This document shows positions 41,358 through 55,070 of a stretch of DNA of 64,000 nucleotides, piece after piece. The position numbers and the translations under genes were made by a program. Numbering within the stretch: the stretch's first letter is position 1; the number at the start of each line of letters is the position of its first letter. The notes under the pieces are model-generated. The model saw nothing but the letters and a program-made list of their open reading frames with translations, searched no databases and had not been told where the DNA came from. Source of the stretch: Paraspadella gotoi (Eukaryota > Animalia > Chaetognatha); NCBI GenBank assembly GCA_051294375.1, contig CM119263.1:18376628-18440627 (forward strand), written 5' to 3'.

Positions 41358-43533
41358 TTTCTCTTCTTTTTTTCTTTGGTCTTTCTTTCGTCTTGCTTCC
41401 GTTCCTCCTTCCTTCCTCCTTCTTCTTCCTTCCTTCCTTCCTTCCTTCCTCCCTCCTTCCTATCCTTCCTTTCTTCTTCCATTCCTTCCTGCCTTGCTTC
41501 TTTTTTCTTTCCATCACTTTAGCTTGCGTTTCTCTCTTTTCCTCCAATCAGAAACGGTCGACCCAATCATAGAAGATCTCTCTGGCCCGAATCTCAAAAT
41601 GGATCGTCTGTCGACATTCTAACCGTTATCAGAGAGGACAAGTCCGTCGTTATTGCCATGGACAAATTCTTTCCCTCACCCCCCCCTCGTTGCTGAAGAA
41701 TCTCAAATCACGTTTTTGCCCAATTATTTTTTTTTTTTGGGACAAAAAAAGGAAAAAAGTTGTAAATCACTCGTAAGCGAAATATATGACGCCGACAGAA
41801 CGCGACCCTTCTCGCCTTTCTTGTTGGATATTGGGACAATATCGGGTCGCGAATATTTATTAAAATGAAAACACTGTTTTCGATTCTCAGAAAAGGGATT
41901 TTTTAATTTACATTTTTTTTGTTCTTTTTTTTAACATTTTCCTTCTTTTTTTTCCTTTGTTCGGTATTTTTTGCTCTCTTTCTTGGCTTTTCGTTTCTTA
42001 TCCAAACCTTTCTTTCCAACCCTTTCAACCGTTTTTTTAATCCTTTATCTTTATTCGTTCTTAAGATTTTTTATTTCTTACACTTTTTCCCTCTTTCTTT
42101 TCTATTTCGCTCATCTTTTGTCTTCTATCAATTCTCCCATCTCCCTCCTTTTTATCTCCGCCGAATTCTACTCCTCTTTCTTTTTTCCTTTTTCCCAATG
42201 CATGGAGTTATCGATGTTTAATATTCATTGACGCACCATCCTCTGTTCTTATCATCGAAACCTTTTCTATTCACGTTTTCTTTTCGTTGTTTTCGCTTTA
42301 TCAATTATGTAATCTATCGATAAATATAATGAATGGTTTTCATGTGACGCTCCCTGGCATATTTCAGTCGGATTGGATCTATTCAAATATTATAACGAAC
42401 ACGCAACATCATTTAACGAGGCTCCTTGCCTGCGACTTTCCATTATCCTCAAAGAATCTCCTTCTTCTCCCAGCCATTCCCGATTCCATTTCTCATTCTT
42501 AATCCAGTTCATCTATCTCAATCATCGTTATTGTCATAACCGGCTTTACAATACGAACGACGTTGGCCACCGATTTTCCGAAGACGGCGGGAAAACAAAA
42601 CAAATCCCACGACAATGCAAACATAATTGCCACAAAAGTATAATTATGACATTTGCAAGTGAGGATAGACATTATCCTGGAAAACTTCTGTACAAGCTCA
42701 AGACATTAAATTAAGCAAAATGTGATTTATCTGCATTAAGCATCTTCTAGATTTTGCAATATACGCAAAAAAATAAAATTGAGTAGCTCGCCTACAACGA
42801 TGTACATATTCAGCACCGACACGGAAATATCCTCACTCAAGAAAGAGATCTGTTTTGCATAATGGAGCTCTACGTACGTCTCAATTCGCTCGCCCTCCTC
42901 TGGCACTCTGCCTCCTCCTCCTCCTCCTGCCTCCTCCCCTACCTTGCTCCTCCTCCTCCCTCCTATCCACCGGTGCTTCCTCGTCTACTTTGACCTTTTT
43001 CGACCTCCTGACTTCTTTTTGCTCCTACCTTTTTTGTCCTCTTCACCGGTCTTGTCCCTCTGACCTTCATTGTTCCTTATGACCTTCTCCTGGTCCTCTG
43101 GACTATTTTGTTCTTATTAACCACAACTTTTTTTCCAATCACTTATCTTTTTATTCTGTTAATTTTTCTGCTTTCGTTTAGTCTTTTCAACCTCTAATCT
43201 CATCCTAGTCTCTTTAATATCTTCCGTTTCTGCAAACTTCTTCTTTCCATCTCGGAGCTCGCGGTCCTCGCCCCAAATGGCCATTGTCTCTCAACTCGTA
43301 AAAATCCCGCCCCTTCCTCGCCCCACGCAGAAATTCCCATTTCATAGTCTTTCACCCTCCCCCCGGTCACCTCTTCATTGTTCCAGACTCGTGTGGCGGA
43401 ACACCGACGTAGGAATCAAACAAGTCTATTTCGTTGTCCCTTCATTTGCTTCGAATCTGGCATCACGGCCGGCTCATTTCTTCGGGTGCCCGTTCAGACG
43501 ACAAGTGCATGTCTCATCTCTCTCCTTTCTCTT

Positions 43534-43569
<36 letters not shown>

Positions 43570-45823
43570 ACTCTCCTCTCGTTTCTCTCCTCTAGTTACG
43601 GTCAAAACGAAATCCTCTTAGATATCACTGATAAGGTGCAATCTTCTCCCAAAAATCTATTTTCACGCGTCCTCTTTAAATATCTGGAATGCACATTTCC
43701 TCGTTTTTATCTTATACTAAATGCGTTATCACGATACTACAGATGGACTCTTACCGTTTTTTAATCAGCTTTCTTATTCTATTTTTTCTATTTTTCACCA
43801 TTAACCTATACTATGCAAAAATTTCAAGTCATAACAAAATCCTACAGTTGTAGTATTTTATTATTGCATTCAGAACAAATCGATCAAATTTTAGGTATGC
43901 AAAAGGATTAAAAAATATGCTATTTAAGACGAAGCCAGCCGTCCCCTAGTAAAAGATAGATACTGAGAACATGCAGAAACTAATTATCCTTCTTAGTTTA
44001 ATTTTTCTTGAAGTTTTTTTTCCTCTTTTTTATACTTCATTATTTTATGGTGTTTCACGTTTTTAGTTTCTCTCTATCAAATTTATTGATCTCCATGTTT
44101 ACACTTTTTATGGCCACGAATTTCTATATTTACTTTCTCTTTTATCGATCTGGTCCTTTTTTCATCAGTTCTATTTTTTAACTCAAAACAGATAAAAAGC
44201 CTTACTTATTCTTTCTAAAATTTTTTAAATATTATTTTGAATCAATTTACACAGTATCCTTTCAATTCGCCTCTTTCTTGTCTTTTTCTTTCGTTTGTTT
44301 ATCTCGTTCTTCCCATCTTTGTTGGTCGACCCGTTTTACCTTCTTTCATACTGTTTTTTATATTATTATTTATACAATATACACCCGTATCCTAATCCTA
44401 AATACTGTCAGTGTCTCCGCATTCGTTTTTAAAACTCAAGTAAGATACTATAAAGTATCAACAGTGATGAATGCATAGAGAGGAAAATATATGTGACGAC
44501 AAAAAAAAAGGGAACGAGAACAAAAGATTGAAAATCTGGCGCTACAAAGCAATAAAAAGGAATAAAAAGAATAAAAAAAAAAAGAAAATTTTAAATAAAC
44601 TTACGGAAAACTGGAACTGCGTGAGACAGAAAACCATAATTGAGCCGAGAGAACAATCAAAGAATAAAATCTCTAAAAAGAGAAGAAATAAAAAAAAAGT
44701 AAAAGAGTAGAAGTAAAAACTGAAACTATTTCGACTGCGATTTTAAAACAAAAACCAAAAGAATATCCACTACAAACCAAACAACAACAATCAGTAACCA
44801 CCAGACAAACCAACTCCACCAACTAAAAATCGCTTTACGAACGAAAAAATAAACGTCGAATTCCCGACAACAAAGAAACAAAAATGGAGGGAACACAAAT
44901 CAGCACCGCGCTGAACAAATCACCGCCTCCTGAATTCCAAGGCGGCACCAAAAACTGCGCGTTATTATTTCCCGCGCACCCACCAGCGTATTTCAAAAAA
45001 CCCACGAATCCCACTCCCCTTACTGCCTCCCCCCGCAAAAAAAAGTCGATAAAAGGAGATGACAAAAGAGGGAGGAGCCAAAGGTTTCGGGCAAAAACAC
45101 GAAAACCCATGATTCCAGGCACCGCGACGTTCGAACGAAGAGAAACGGCCGGATAAAAACGAATGAAAAAAGAAACGAAATATCTTCGACGAAAAACTCG
45201 ATACTTGCACCTCATCAGACGCTTCGACTTTTGTCGTCGGCTACAACACACAAACAAAAAAGGAACAAAAAAAAAAGGAATTATTGTTTTCTTGCCATCA
45301 GCGACTTCCCTTTTCGCCCAAAAAGAGGAATGGACACGCACAATTGCGCCTATATTTCTTCTGCTCTCACGACTTTTTTTCTTCCTTACTCTGCCTTGGC
45401 TGTGCGTATTTTGTTTTTTCTCGCAAGCCGGGTATGCGCAGAGTTGTTTTCGGTTGTTGTTTGTTTTTTTAATTTTGCGTTTGTTAGTTTTACAGTAGTG
45501 ATTTTTTAGTGTTTCAAAAGCCGATGGACCATAAATCTGATTAATGTGACTTGGAGTTTGTAAGTGTTTCCCCGACCGTCGGGTCTATCTATCGTATTTT
45601 ATCTACTAATACTAATCTAATATCTACTATCTAATCATCACATAATCTATTACCATCCATCATCATATACATCTTACATCTTACATCGCACATCTCTAGC
45701 TGATCTTCTACTAGCGTATAGTACGTATTACTACTATATAGTCTATAAAGCGTTATAATGATGAAAAAAATGCTCGACGTGCCAGTCGTGTCATAGCAGT
45801 AAATCTCGCTTGAATCTTTCACC
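37607..45823 (+). repeat. Duplicated block, copy C (spans A and B, insertion-rich)
   Basis: Begins TGGATGTCTCCCCCTCGCC (=26012) and ends GAATCTTTCACC (=37581); error density rises after about 40500. Confidence 0.95.
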
Positions 45824-46256
45824 TTCGAAATCTGCAATGAACCTTTACAACCCACCCACGCATTCCTTTTTTTTTCGTCGGATGCGATTGCACTTTTCGC
45901 AAGCAGCCCACGTTCGCCAGATTCCGCCCTCGTTCGCTCCATATTAAAATTTTAAGTCACCTGGTCGGTTTGCCGGAGGCGGCTGCAAAGAAAGCAAGGT
46001 AAGGGAAGTACGGTCGGGGAGTAAGTGCGAAAAGTAAGTCAAATCTGGGAAGTCTTTCGTCTTGTCGTCGCTTCCGTCTTCGTCGTCGTCTCTGTCGTCG
46101 TCGTCGTCGTCGTCGTCTTTCCATCTTTGCTTTTTCTTGCAAAAACTATATATATTAGCATTTTCCTATTTTGTCATCGCTTCACTTCAGTCTCTTGCAT
46201 TTTTGCTTTTTTACTTTTCTTTTATTCATTTCTTCTTTTCCTTACTTTTCTTTCAG

Positions 46257-46302
46257 CTGAAAAAAATTGGTTCCCAGTCGAGAAAGGGCATACTTACATA
46301 TG
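46257..46302 (+). CDS. Candidate 46-bp internal exon, gene unknown
   Basis: About 60-nt polypyrimidine tract ending TTTCAG, then ATG|GTAAGT donor at 46303. Open frames are EKNWFPVEKGHTYIW or LKKIGSQSRKGILTY. No homology recognised. Confidence 0.35.
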
Positions 46303-47053
46303 GTAAGTGGCATCAAATAAAATCGCAGTTGTCAAATGAGAATATTTCCGGAAACCAGACTCAAGGGCAGAGGCCCGGAAAGAAGGCGAATGAATAATCA
46401 ATTTATTCTATATTCTTTTTAAATTTTATATGTCTTAAACTGAACAAGTGGTCCACATGAAGGCATAATAATATTTTGAATATATATGTATGTAGTAAAA
46501 TATCGGTATTAAGTAATTACCATGATGGAAAAAAAATGTATTCGGCAACTTTCACATACTATTTTTTGCAATTTTAATGTAAGATCAAAAAAATAATATT
46601 TAGATATTCAAAAACTTAAGCCTTTTATAATTTATATGTGCTGTGTTTCGTTTACGTACGATAAAAAAATGTAAGAGTACTATGTAAATAGACGCAATTG
46701 ATATTGGATGATTGATATGATCTTGACTTTGGCTGAGAATGGGAGGCGGAAAGCGCGAAATCCAAAAGCGAATGATGCCAAGAATTTTTACAGCGATTTC
46801 AAGAGCAATTTAATCAACGCGTAATCAAAAGGAACGTTCAATCCAATATCCAAGTTATTCATATCAAGAAGCAATTCTCGCAGTTATAAAATGCGTTTTT
46901 AATAGAGAGATTACCTAAAAAAAAGTAAACAAAACAATGTTAAATATTTAAATGTCTTTATTTTGCAAATCGCTGTATAGATCTTCCTTAAAATACGTCT
47001 AGGACTGTTTAATGCTCCCTGGTCTTTCTCTTCTCGTTATAAACGAGCCTTAT

Positions 47054-47104
47054 CCAATGGGCGTGTCATCGAAACGGCACCGGGCGCGTCGTCGCCATGG
47101 AAAC
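47054..47104. promoter_or_regulatory. Promoter-like cluster: CCAAT box, GC/KLF box and X-box
   Basis: CCAAT 47054-58, GGGCGTG 47059-65, GTCGCCATGGAAAC 47091-47104 (canonical RFX X-box) in a CpG-rich patch. Confidence 0.5.
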
Positions 47105-47382
47105 GAAAAGTATTGACGCGACAAATCAACCCGTCGGCCGACGATCCGTCGCGTTGTTGACTTCGTCGTCGTTAATGTTGTGGTTGTCGGTTGTCATTTT
47201 ATCTTTGTAATTATAAAAAAAAAAATTAGTTTATGAGGAGTAATATTGTAATTATAAAAGACATACAAAGCCTTGAACGCATCATTTTATTTATGGACCA
47301 AAACACCGAGCCACATTTTTAACCCATGGTACAGACATCTACCAAAATCGATGAAAACATGACTTGTTGAAATCTGGAACAG

Positions 47383-47446
47383 CAGGTCTCGAACTCGACA
47401 TTTACCGACCAATCTCCGATTCGCAAACCCGCTGAGCCGCGTCGAC
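47383..47446 (-). mobile_element. tRNA-derived SINE-like head or tRNA pseudogene
   Basis: Minus strand GTCGACG-CGGCTCAGCGG (A-box-like) ... AGTTCGAGACC (B-box-like), box starts 44 nt apart as in tRNA; no proper cloverleaf. Confidence 0.4.
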
Positions 47447-48140
47447 CGGCGTCGTTACTTCACTGGGCGACGGCGCGGCGCGATGCAGCAAAGCGGCACC
47501 ATTCGACGAAGCGGCGTCGCCGGCGCCCTTTATTGAAGCCAACGATCATCACATAAAAACTTCAATTCCAGAATTTCAAACGAGATAAGCAGAAAGATGA
47601 ATGGATGGATGGATACAAAAAGGAAAGAGGGAGGAAGGAGGAGGGAGGAGGGAGAAATGCCGGAAAGCACGGAATGGGTGAGAAGAGAGAGAGAAGAGAA
47701 GAGAGAAGAGGAGAGAGAAGAGAGAGAGAGAGAGAGAGAAATATCATGGGTGCTTTGCCATAAGTGAACAGATGGTGACGGAAATTTCAAGATGACCCTG
47801 AGTTTAAGCCAACCGTGATGTGATGAAGGAAAAAGTTTATGTGGAAGACATGAAGAAAGAAAGAAAAAATACCCCAATGAAAACATCAAGAAAGAAAGAA
47901 CCAAGTAAGAGGGAAAGATAGACAAAAAGAAAGAAAAAAAAATAAAGGAAAAAATGAAGAAATGAAATATAAAAACTTATTTTTACCATCATATATACTA
48001 TTCTAAGTTGTGAATCCGAAAGTGGGACAATATATTCACTCGAGACCGACCCTGTGATTCATAAACGCGCGATGTGACCATCGAATCTGAGGAAACAAAA
48101 GAAAGAAAAGGTTTCGTCCGTGAAGCTGTGATTAGCGACG

Positions 48141-48168
48141 GTGACTCGTGACTCGTGACTCGTGACTC
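48141..48168. repeat. (GTGACTC)4 heptamer repeat
   Basis: Four exact copies. Confidence 0.9.
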
Positions 48169-49886
48169 GAGGCAGAATTCTTATTCAGAGGTCGTCGATC
48201 TCCGTTTCGTCAAATCCTCCTTTTCGTCTCATCAAGCGACATTTCACTATTTTTTTTTGTCAATTGCCTCGGGCCTTTTTTTCAGGTCATTTTGCCATTC
48301 CATTTTTTCTTTGTTAGCTTTTAAGAACGAGTTCATCCAACGTCATCAACAAAGATCATAACATATCTGAGGTTTCCCGTTCAATACGATTCCATAATCT
48401 ATTCACAATTCAATCCTTTTTTCATAATTTTTCTCTGCGAATTCCATCTCAATTCCATTTCTATTTTCATCCATTCTTCTCTTCCTCATCTTCCTTCATC
48501 TTTCTCACGTTCTTTAGTCTCCTTTCGACCCAAGTGGCTCACGCGTGTGTCGGCCATTCTTTTCCTCATCCCCCCCTGCAGACCGAATCCACCCACCACC
48601 CACCACTCCCTGCAACACCCACTCTCCACCCCTAAAAAAAAAAAACTGCAGGCGATGGTCGTTCCCATTTATTCGCGTCTTCGTCGAAGTCGAGAGATCG
48701 CGAGTTCCGTCGCACGCGATTCGCGCGCGGCAGCCAATTCCGAGTGCTCGTGCGTCAACGTGCGCGATCGCACGCGCCTGACACGCGCGTATGCGATGTG
48801 CGGGATAGGGCGTGGACGTCGGGGAGCCTGGCGACGCGACCGGGGGAACGCAGTTTGATTTCGAGAAGCAGTAGTTATTGTTTTATATTTAATCTAATCT
48901 AATCTAAACTAAAGAATGGCGAACGTGGCAGTGACGTGGCATGATCGTGGCTTGAACTTGATTTGAACGTATCACGAACGTTGGATGTACTTGACGAAAC
49001 CGCTTGCCCCCTTATCGCAATTTTAAACCCTTTTCATTTTTTCATTTATTTCTTCAGTCGATTTCTTCCATTTTTTTTCATTTTCACATACTTATTTATT
49101 TATTTATTTTGCTTATTTTTATATTTTTATAGAAAATTACTCAAATGCAAAAAATCAACGCTTATCTCTTTTTTCATTCCTTCCTAAAATCTCTATCCCA
49201 TGAATTTTCGTCTTCCGCATTATTTTTTTTCGATACTTATATCCTAGACAGTTTTCCCTTTTTAATCTCAGCTTAGGTTTTTTTTCTTTCACTTTTTTTT
49301 TCTCTCATTTTTATCCTTCCTTTCGAATCACACTTTCCTTCTTCCCCTTTTCCTTTTTTTTATTTTAAGTCACACGGTTTTTTTTTCATATCCTCCTTTT
49401 TTTTCTAGGTTGCCGCCATTTCGCTATTCCACCATCAAAACGATTTTTGGTTGAGCGAAATAAGATGAAGATGAAGCGTCGTTGTCGTCCCAACCTTTTT
49501 TTTAAAGTCGCGTTAGTTTTTTCTTTCTTCATTTTATTTTTTTCTTTCTTTATTCTATTTTTTTTCTTTTCGCTCTCTCGCTTCGGTTGATTTTACTTTC
49601 TTTTTTTATTTCAGCCTTCGAATCTTTTGTTTTTGTTTCCTTCGTTTGTTTAGCCTTCTTTGTTTTTTCTAATATTTCCGATTTTGAGCAAAAAGCACAT
49701 TTTCATTACGAGAAATCTCTTCAGCTGTCTACCTGACTATCAAGAAATAAAATAAATCAAAGGATTTTAAAGATTAAAAAAAGCGAAAAAGAGAGAATAA
49801 CCGAAATAAAAATAGAAAAACGGGAGAAAAAATAAAATAAAACTTAGGAAACGTTGAAACAAAAATAAAACAATGAACAAATTAAG

Positions 49887-49986
49887 AACGAACGAACGGA
49901 ACGAACAACCGAACGACAACGAACGAAACGAACGAACGAACGAACGAACGAACGACTGAACCAACCAGCGAACTAACGAACGAACG
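49887..49986. repeat. Imperfect (GAAC)n microsatellite
   Basis: Directly visible. Confidence 0.85.
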
Positions 49987-50469
49987 CACGCTTCGATCAA
50001 GTTGTCAAATGGAATGACGTCGCCCCTTCTCCTCCTCTTCCTCCTCCTCCCCATCCGCCTCTTCCTCCTCCTCCTCCTCTTCCCAATTCATACCAACGCA
50101 ATCCGCGTTTCATTTCGTCCTCTCTCCTCTCTCGCCTCCGCCAACATGGCACAGAAAAACCTCGATGGATCGTGGATTTCGTCGTCGCTTTCGTCGTCGT
50201 CGTCCTCGTCGTCTACATCGTCGTCGTTGCGTCGTCGCTTGTCAAGAAAATCTCTTACTTTCAAACTGACGTTTCTCTTTCCATAAAAATAAAAGAAAAA
50301 ACTAAATATAAATAAAAACGAAACTTTATAATAAAAAACAAACAAACAAACAAAAAAAACACGAAATTAAAAAAAAATTAATTCATTGAATTTTCACCCC
50401 GTATTAATAATTGGATTATTAATTCATGAATTCGTTTTTTAAGGACCGAGATAGCGTGATTTTTTTTTT

Positions 50470-50527
<58 letters not shown>

Positions 50528-50675
50528 AATTACCTCATCGCCGCATAACGAAGCCCTACCTCCTCAACCACCACATCTCATCTCTTCTCTTCGATTTAAA
50601 TCCTTTAATCCCAGTTTTTTCAACTCGGGATTTATCTCAGTCTCCTGGAAAATTCGAAAACTTCCCTTGTCCGGC

Positions 50676-50728
50676 GCCGCTTCCGCCGCTTCCGCCGCTT
50701 CCGCCGCTTCCGCCGCTTCCGCCGCTTC
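50676..50728. repeat. (GCCGCTTCC) about 6 copies, 9-bp repeat
   Basis: Exact tandem copies; source of the AAS/AAE ORF translations. Confidence 0.9.
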
Positions 50729-51338
50729 TACCTCGGACGCTTTCACTGCCTTTGGCACCATTACTGCCTTTTTACCGAATTATTCATTTCACTGTATGTT
50801 TCCGAGCCTTTCCCTTGTAACGTATGTTGTTTTTTATTCAAGGCTTTTGTAGATTTCTATTCATTATTCTATTAATTTATTTCTATTTTTAAAATTTTTT
50901 GCTTTTTTATCTTTCTGAAGCTTCATTTTTTTCCTAATCTATATTTCTCATTCCTAATTTTTTATCCTTGTGATATTTTTTTAATTTTTTCCCCCGAAAG
51001 AATAAAAAAATAATAAGTCTGTGTCCTTTTTTCCTTTTTCTTTCTCCTTCAAAGACTGACCTTTTCTCTTTGCCCGCCGTTCCTTGTTTCCCTCAGTCTT
51101 AATTGCTTGTCTCTTTTCGTTCTCTATTTTTATTTATTAATTCTTCCTCGGAATAGGCAGAGAGATTCGAGCCTGGCCCATTTTCTTTATTACTTATTAT
51201 TTTTTCCCTTTCGAGATTCTTTCCTCTTTTTGGTATCTCCTATGTATTATTTAATTCATTTTGCGCGCATCGCTATCGTCTATTCATCTCATTCGCTTTC
51301 AGTTAATCTTCTTTCGCGTATCCTTTTCATTTCAATGT

Positions 51339-51438
<100 letters not shown>

Positions 51439-51941
51439 TTCCTTATTATTTCTTCTCTTTTCATTTTTTCTCTCTCTTTCATTCTTTCGTTCATTTATTG
51501 TCGGCGTCTTGACCTCGTTTCCCGGCGCCTCGTCTCGGTCGCTTGGCAACGGGTTCCGCGTTGATGGGCGCCGGTCGCTTAGCGACGGAACTCGTGTTTA
51601 TCGCTGATTCCATCGTCGTCGTCGTCGGCGCCACCGGTCGACGCCGACGCTTTAATGTCAGCGTTGAGATTTGAAAGAACCTTGTCGACATCCCATGTGA
51701 TTTTTTTTGAGCTGCAACTCACGCGGTTGTATTTTCCTTTCCATGTTTCTTTCCTCGTTTTCTGTATTTGAATTTTAAAATACAAATTCTATCCCGTTTC
51801 GTTTTTTCTTCTTCTTATTTTTTTCGCGTTTTTTCAGAACCATTTTCCATTTTTATTGCTTTTCCTATTTTTAATTTTATGACAGTTTTAGTGCCTCTAG
51901 TCGCTTCCATTACTGACTCTCGTAAAGAGAACTATTCTCTT

Positions 51942-51992
<51 letters not shown>

Positions 51993-52584
51993 CTCTTCTC
52001 TTCTCTCTTTCTTCTTTTTTTCTCCTTTTTTCCCGATGATAATCTCCTTCTTTCTTCTTCTAACGAAGCTTTCTGTTGTTATTATTATTTTTATTTTGGT
52101 TCGACTTGAAAATATTTTCATAAAACCTTCCAAGCTGCTTCCTGGAACCAAAATCCAGCGGCTTTTCGAGGTTAAATTGGAACTTACGACATCCATTATA
52201 ATTTGGAAGCCGTCAGCGCTTTTACGCCCGCGAACCAAAAAAGGGAAAAAAAAGCATCAATTATTTAACCGCCTCAAATTTTCGCCTCCTGCTTCACCTC
52301 CTTGGTCTTATACCCTTACCCTCATTTTCCACCTTTTCCTCCTTCTCTTCCTCCTTCTATTCCTTTTTCACCTCCTCTTCCTCCCTTTTATATTTTCCGC
52401 TTCTTTAAACGCGTCATTTTTCTTATTTTCGTTTATCTCACGGTTTTTTTCTTTTTTCTTTCTTTTTTTCTCTTTTCCAAGTCTGCTTACCTCTTGCCAC
52501 GGTTACGATCTCGCTTTAAAACGAGCTCACTCTCTCTCTGTCTCTCTCTCTCACTCTCTCTCTGCTCTCTCTCTCTCACTCTCT

Positions 52585-52629
<45 letters not shown>

Positions 52630-53039
52630 TCTCTCTCTCCTTCTTCTCTCGTCTCTCCTCTCTATCTCGTTCTCTCTCTCTCTCTCTCCTCCACTCTTCT
52701 CTTCTTTCTCTCTCTCCCTCTCTCGTCCTCTCTCTCTTCTCTCCGCCTCTCTGCCTCTCTCGTCCTCTCTCTCTCTTCTCTCTCTCTCTCTCGCCTCTCC
52801 CCCCCACAGACGTTCACACACACACACAACTCGTCTCATCTCGACTTAAAACTCATGAATGGGAAAATCTTCTTGAAGACAAAACAAATATTTCAGCTGC
52901 GTTTAGTCTAATTCGCGACGCGAGGGAACCGAGGGGTGTTGACATTGCGTTTGCGTTGTTGACGCTTCGTGGGTGTCGCTGACGCGCCGTCAGAAGCGTT
53001 GACGTTCGTGGCGTACGTGTCTTTAGCGCGATTGAAATT

Positions 53040-54500
53040 TTAATTTTGTTCGTTTTTCCTTAAAGTTAGTCTTGTCTTCGTATGTGATACTCTAAAATCA
53101 TTTTCATCTTCACTGTAGTCTTCTTTATCACAGAAGTTGTCCTTTTTTTCGTCTGTGTCATAGTCGTCGTCCTCTTCGCCATTCCCTTCCTCATTATCGT
53201 CTTCGTCGTCGTCATCTTCGTCGTCGTCATCTTCGTCGTCGTCATCTTCGTCGTAACCTTGTCGAGATTCCGACTCGAGGCGCGATTTTTGACTTCGTTT
53301 GCATTTTTTCTTCATTTGCCGATTGTCTGATGTTTAACCCTCCGTCGTTACGCTATTGTTGCGTTTGGTCGGATGGGACGAAAGCCTCATGAGTGGAAGA
53401 ATTGGGGTGGAGGGTGGGATGATCGAGCGGGGATGTTGGGGGGGGGTCGAGAAACGCTGGAAGAGTGAAGTTGTTTGAGTTAAAGAAACCGAGTTCACTC
53501 TCTGCTCGTACGAGCGAGTGAGGGTGATGAGTCTTTCTCGGGAGCCGAGTCAAAAGCATCCACCATTTCTCCAGATTTGACAAAGTCGTTAAGATAATGA
53601 CATGAGACGCCATTCAGTCAGACTGATGCCATCTGAATGCCAAAAGCTCATGTTTCCTATCGAGAACGTTTCTTCCACTTAACTTCTCGGCGAAATTCTT
53701 CTTTCGTCCAGGATCCGCTGACCTCCTAGATAGTCTCTTCCTCTCCCATAAATATAATTGTATTCGTTCCTTTCATTTGCTCAAGACTAATAGACGATAG
53801 TCGGTAGCTCGTTCGAAAAATTTCTAGGAGAGAGTTTGATGCAAAATCAGATGACGGTCCCCTCTGTGCTGGACTTCAGTGCCAAATCCGCTCTCGCTTC
53901 GCTCAGCGTCAAATTTCTGTCACGAACAAGTTGTTTTCGGCCCAGCAAAAGCAGCACCCTCTGCTACTTCCCTCGCATGTTGCATACAACGTTTCCGCCC
54001 TCGACGCGATCGCTAATTCGGCTGGTCGACCACGCCCTGGTCATTGGGCGGTCAACATTAATCATCGGACAATTCGACCAATCTGGCATCCCTTTTTTTG
54101 TGCGGGATGAGACACCACTGGCGACTCGTCGTCAGAAGCGAGACCTAAATACCCACGAACGAGTCGATCTATCCGAGCGCTTTCCGCTCTGACCCCTTGC
54201 AACCCTTCAATCTCGCCTCCCGCGGATTTGCCCGAAATATATTTTTTTTGCTCTGATTCTGTCCCGAGAAAGAAAAAGCTGTTTCTCACCTCTCGGGCTT
54301 TATTTCCGTTTTTTGACAGCGAATCTATGTAGTCGGGCATCTATTACTCTAAAGTTTATCTTCTTCCGGCGCTCTCAACTTGTTTGATCTCGACTTTGCT
54401 ACGTCTATGCTTCTCTATTTTTTCTAAACACTTCTTTCTTCTCCCACCGGCTCCCCACTCACGCTCCATTCGACTCTCCTCCTCATTGTAGAAACAAGGC
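53040..54500 (-). pseudogene. Possible decayed coding relic with acidic C-terminal segment
   Basis: About 1.4 kb of high-complexity, balanced-composition DNA with successive short minus-strand ORFs (54062-54340, 53353-53613, 53040-53315). The acidic tract uses varied codons beyond the TCG repeat. No family confidently recognised. Confidence 0.22.
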
Positions 54501-54784
54501 CATCAAAGACCCACTCGTCTCATAATTACATTGGTGTTGGCAGCGACGACGACGACGACGACGCTGACCGTGCGACGTCGACGAACATTATGATTGGACG
54601 CCTACACCGACGACGACTATGATGAAGACGATGAAACGACGACGACGACGAAAATCCCCTTCAGGTTTTTTCGCGATTTCCGCTAATAAAGTCGCCCTCG
54701 TGATTTGAAGACTCCCGAGAGACTCGTGTCGGCGCCGGTGGATCGAAGGATGGAAAAAACGGCGCGCCTTTTCTCAATCTCTAC

Positions 54785-55070
54785 GCCAATCATCATCTGT
54801 AGTCCCATCTTTCTGTGGACGGGAGCGCTTTTTCACAATCCTGTTCGATGTGCGTTAAGTCCTTATCTCTGATGGCGCCTTTTCAATCAGTCCCTAAGCT
54901 AGTCATCATCTGTAGACATCATCTGGGATAGCACCTTCCTAATGCCAATAATCATTTGTAGTCCCTATCTGCAATAGCGCCCCTTCATTCTGTCTCTACT
55001 CCAAACATCATCTATAATCATCATCTGCTATGACGCTTTGTACAACCTGTCTGGACGATAATAATCATCT
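54785..55070. repeat. Dispersed-tandem degenerate motif AATCATCATCTGTAG
   Basis: Recurs about 6 times (near 54789, 54901, 54947, 55002, 55016, 55059). Confidence 0.55.

Noticed and set aside
26012-45823. Genuine tandem segmental triplication or LTR pair
   Set aside because: Boundaries coincide with 25-N gaps, copies show read-type indels, and there are no TG..CA termini, PBS or internal pol.
52036-52982. Longest ORFs (291 aa and 226 aa)
   Set aside because: Open only because of pyrimidine-rich and (CT)n tracts; composition is F/L/S-dominated in overlapping frames.
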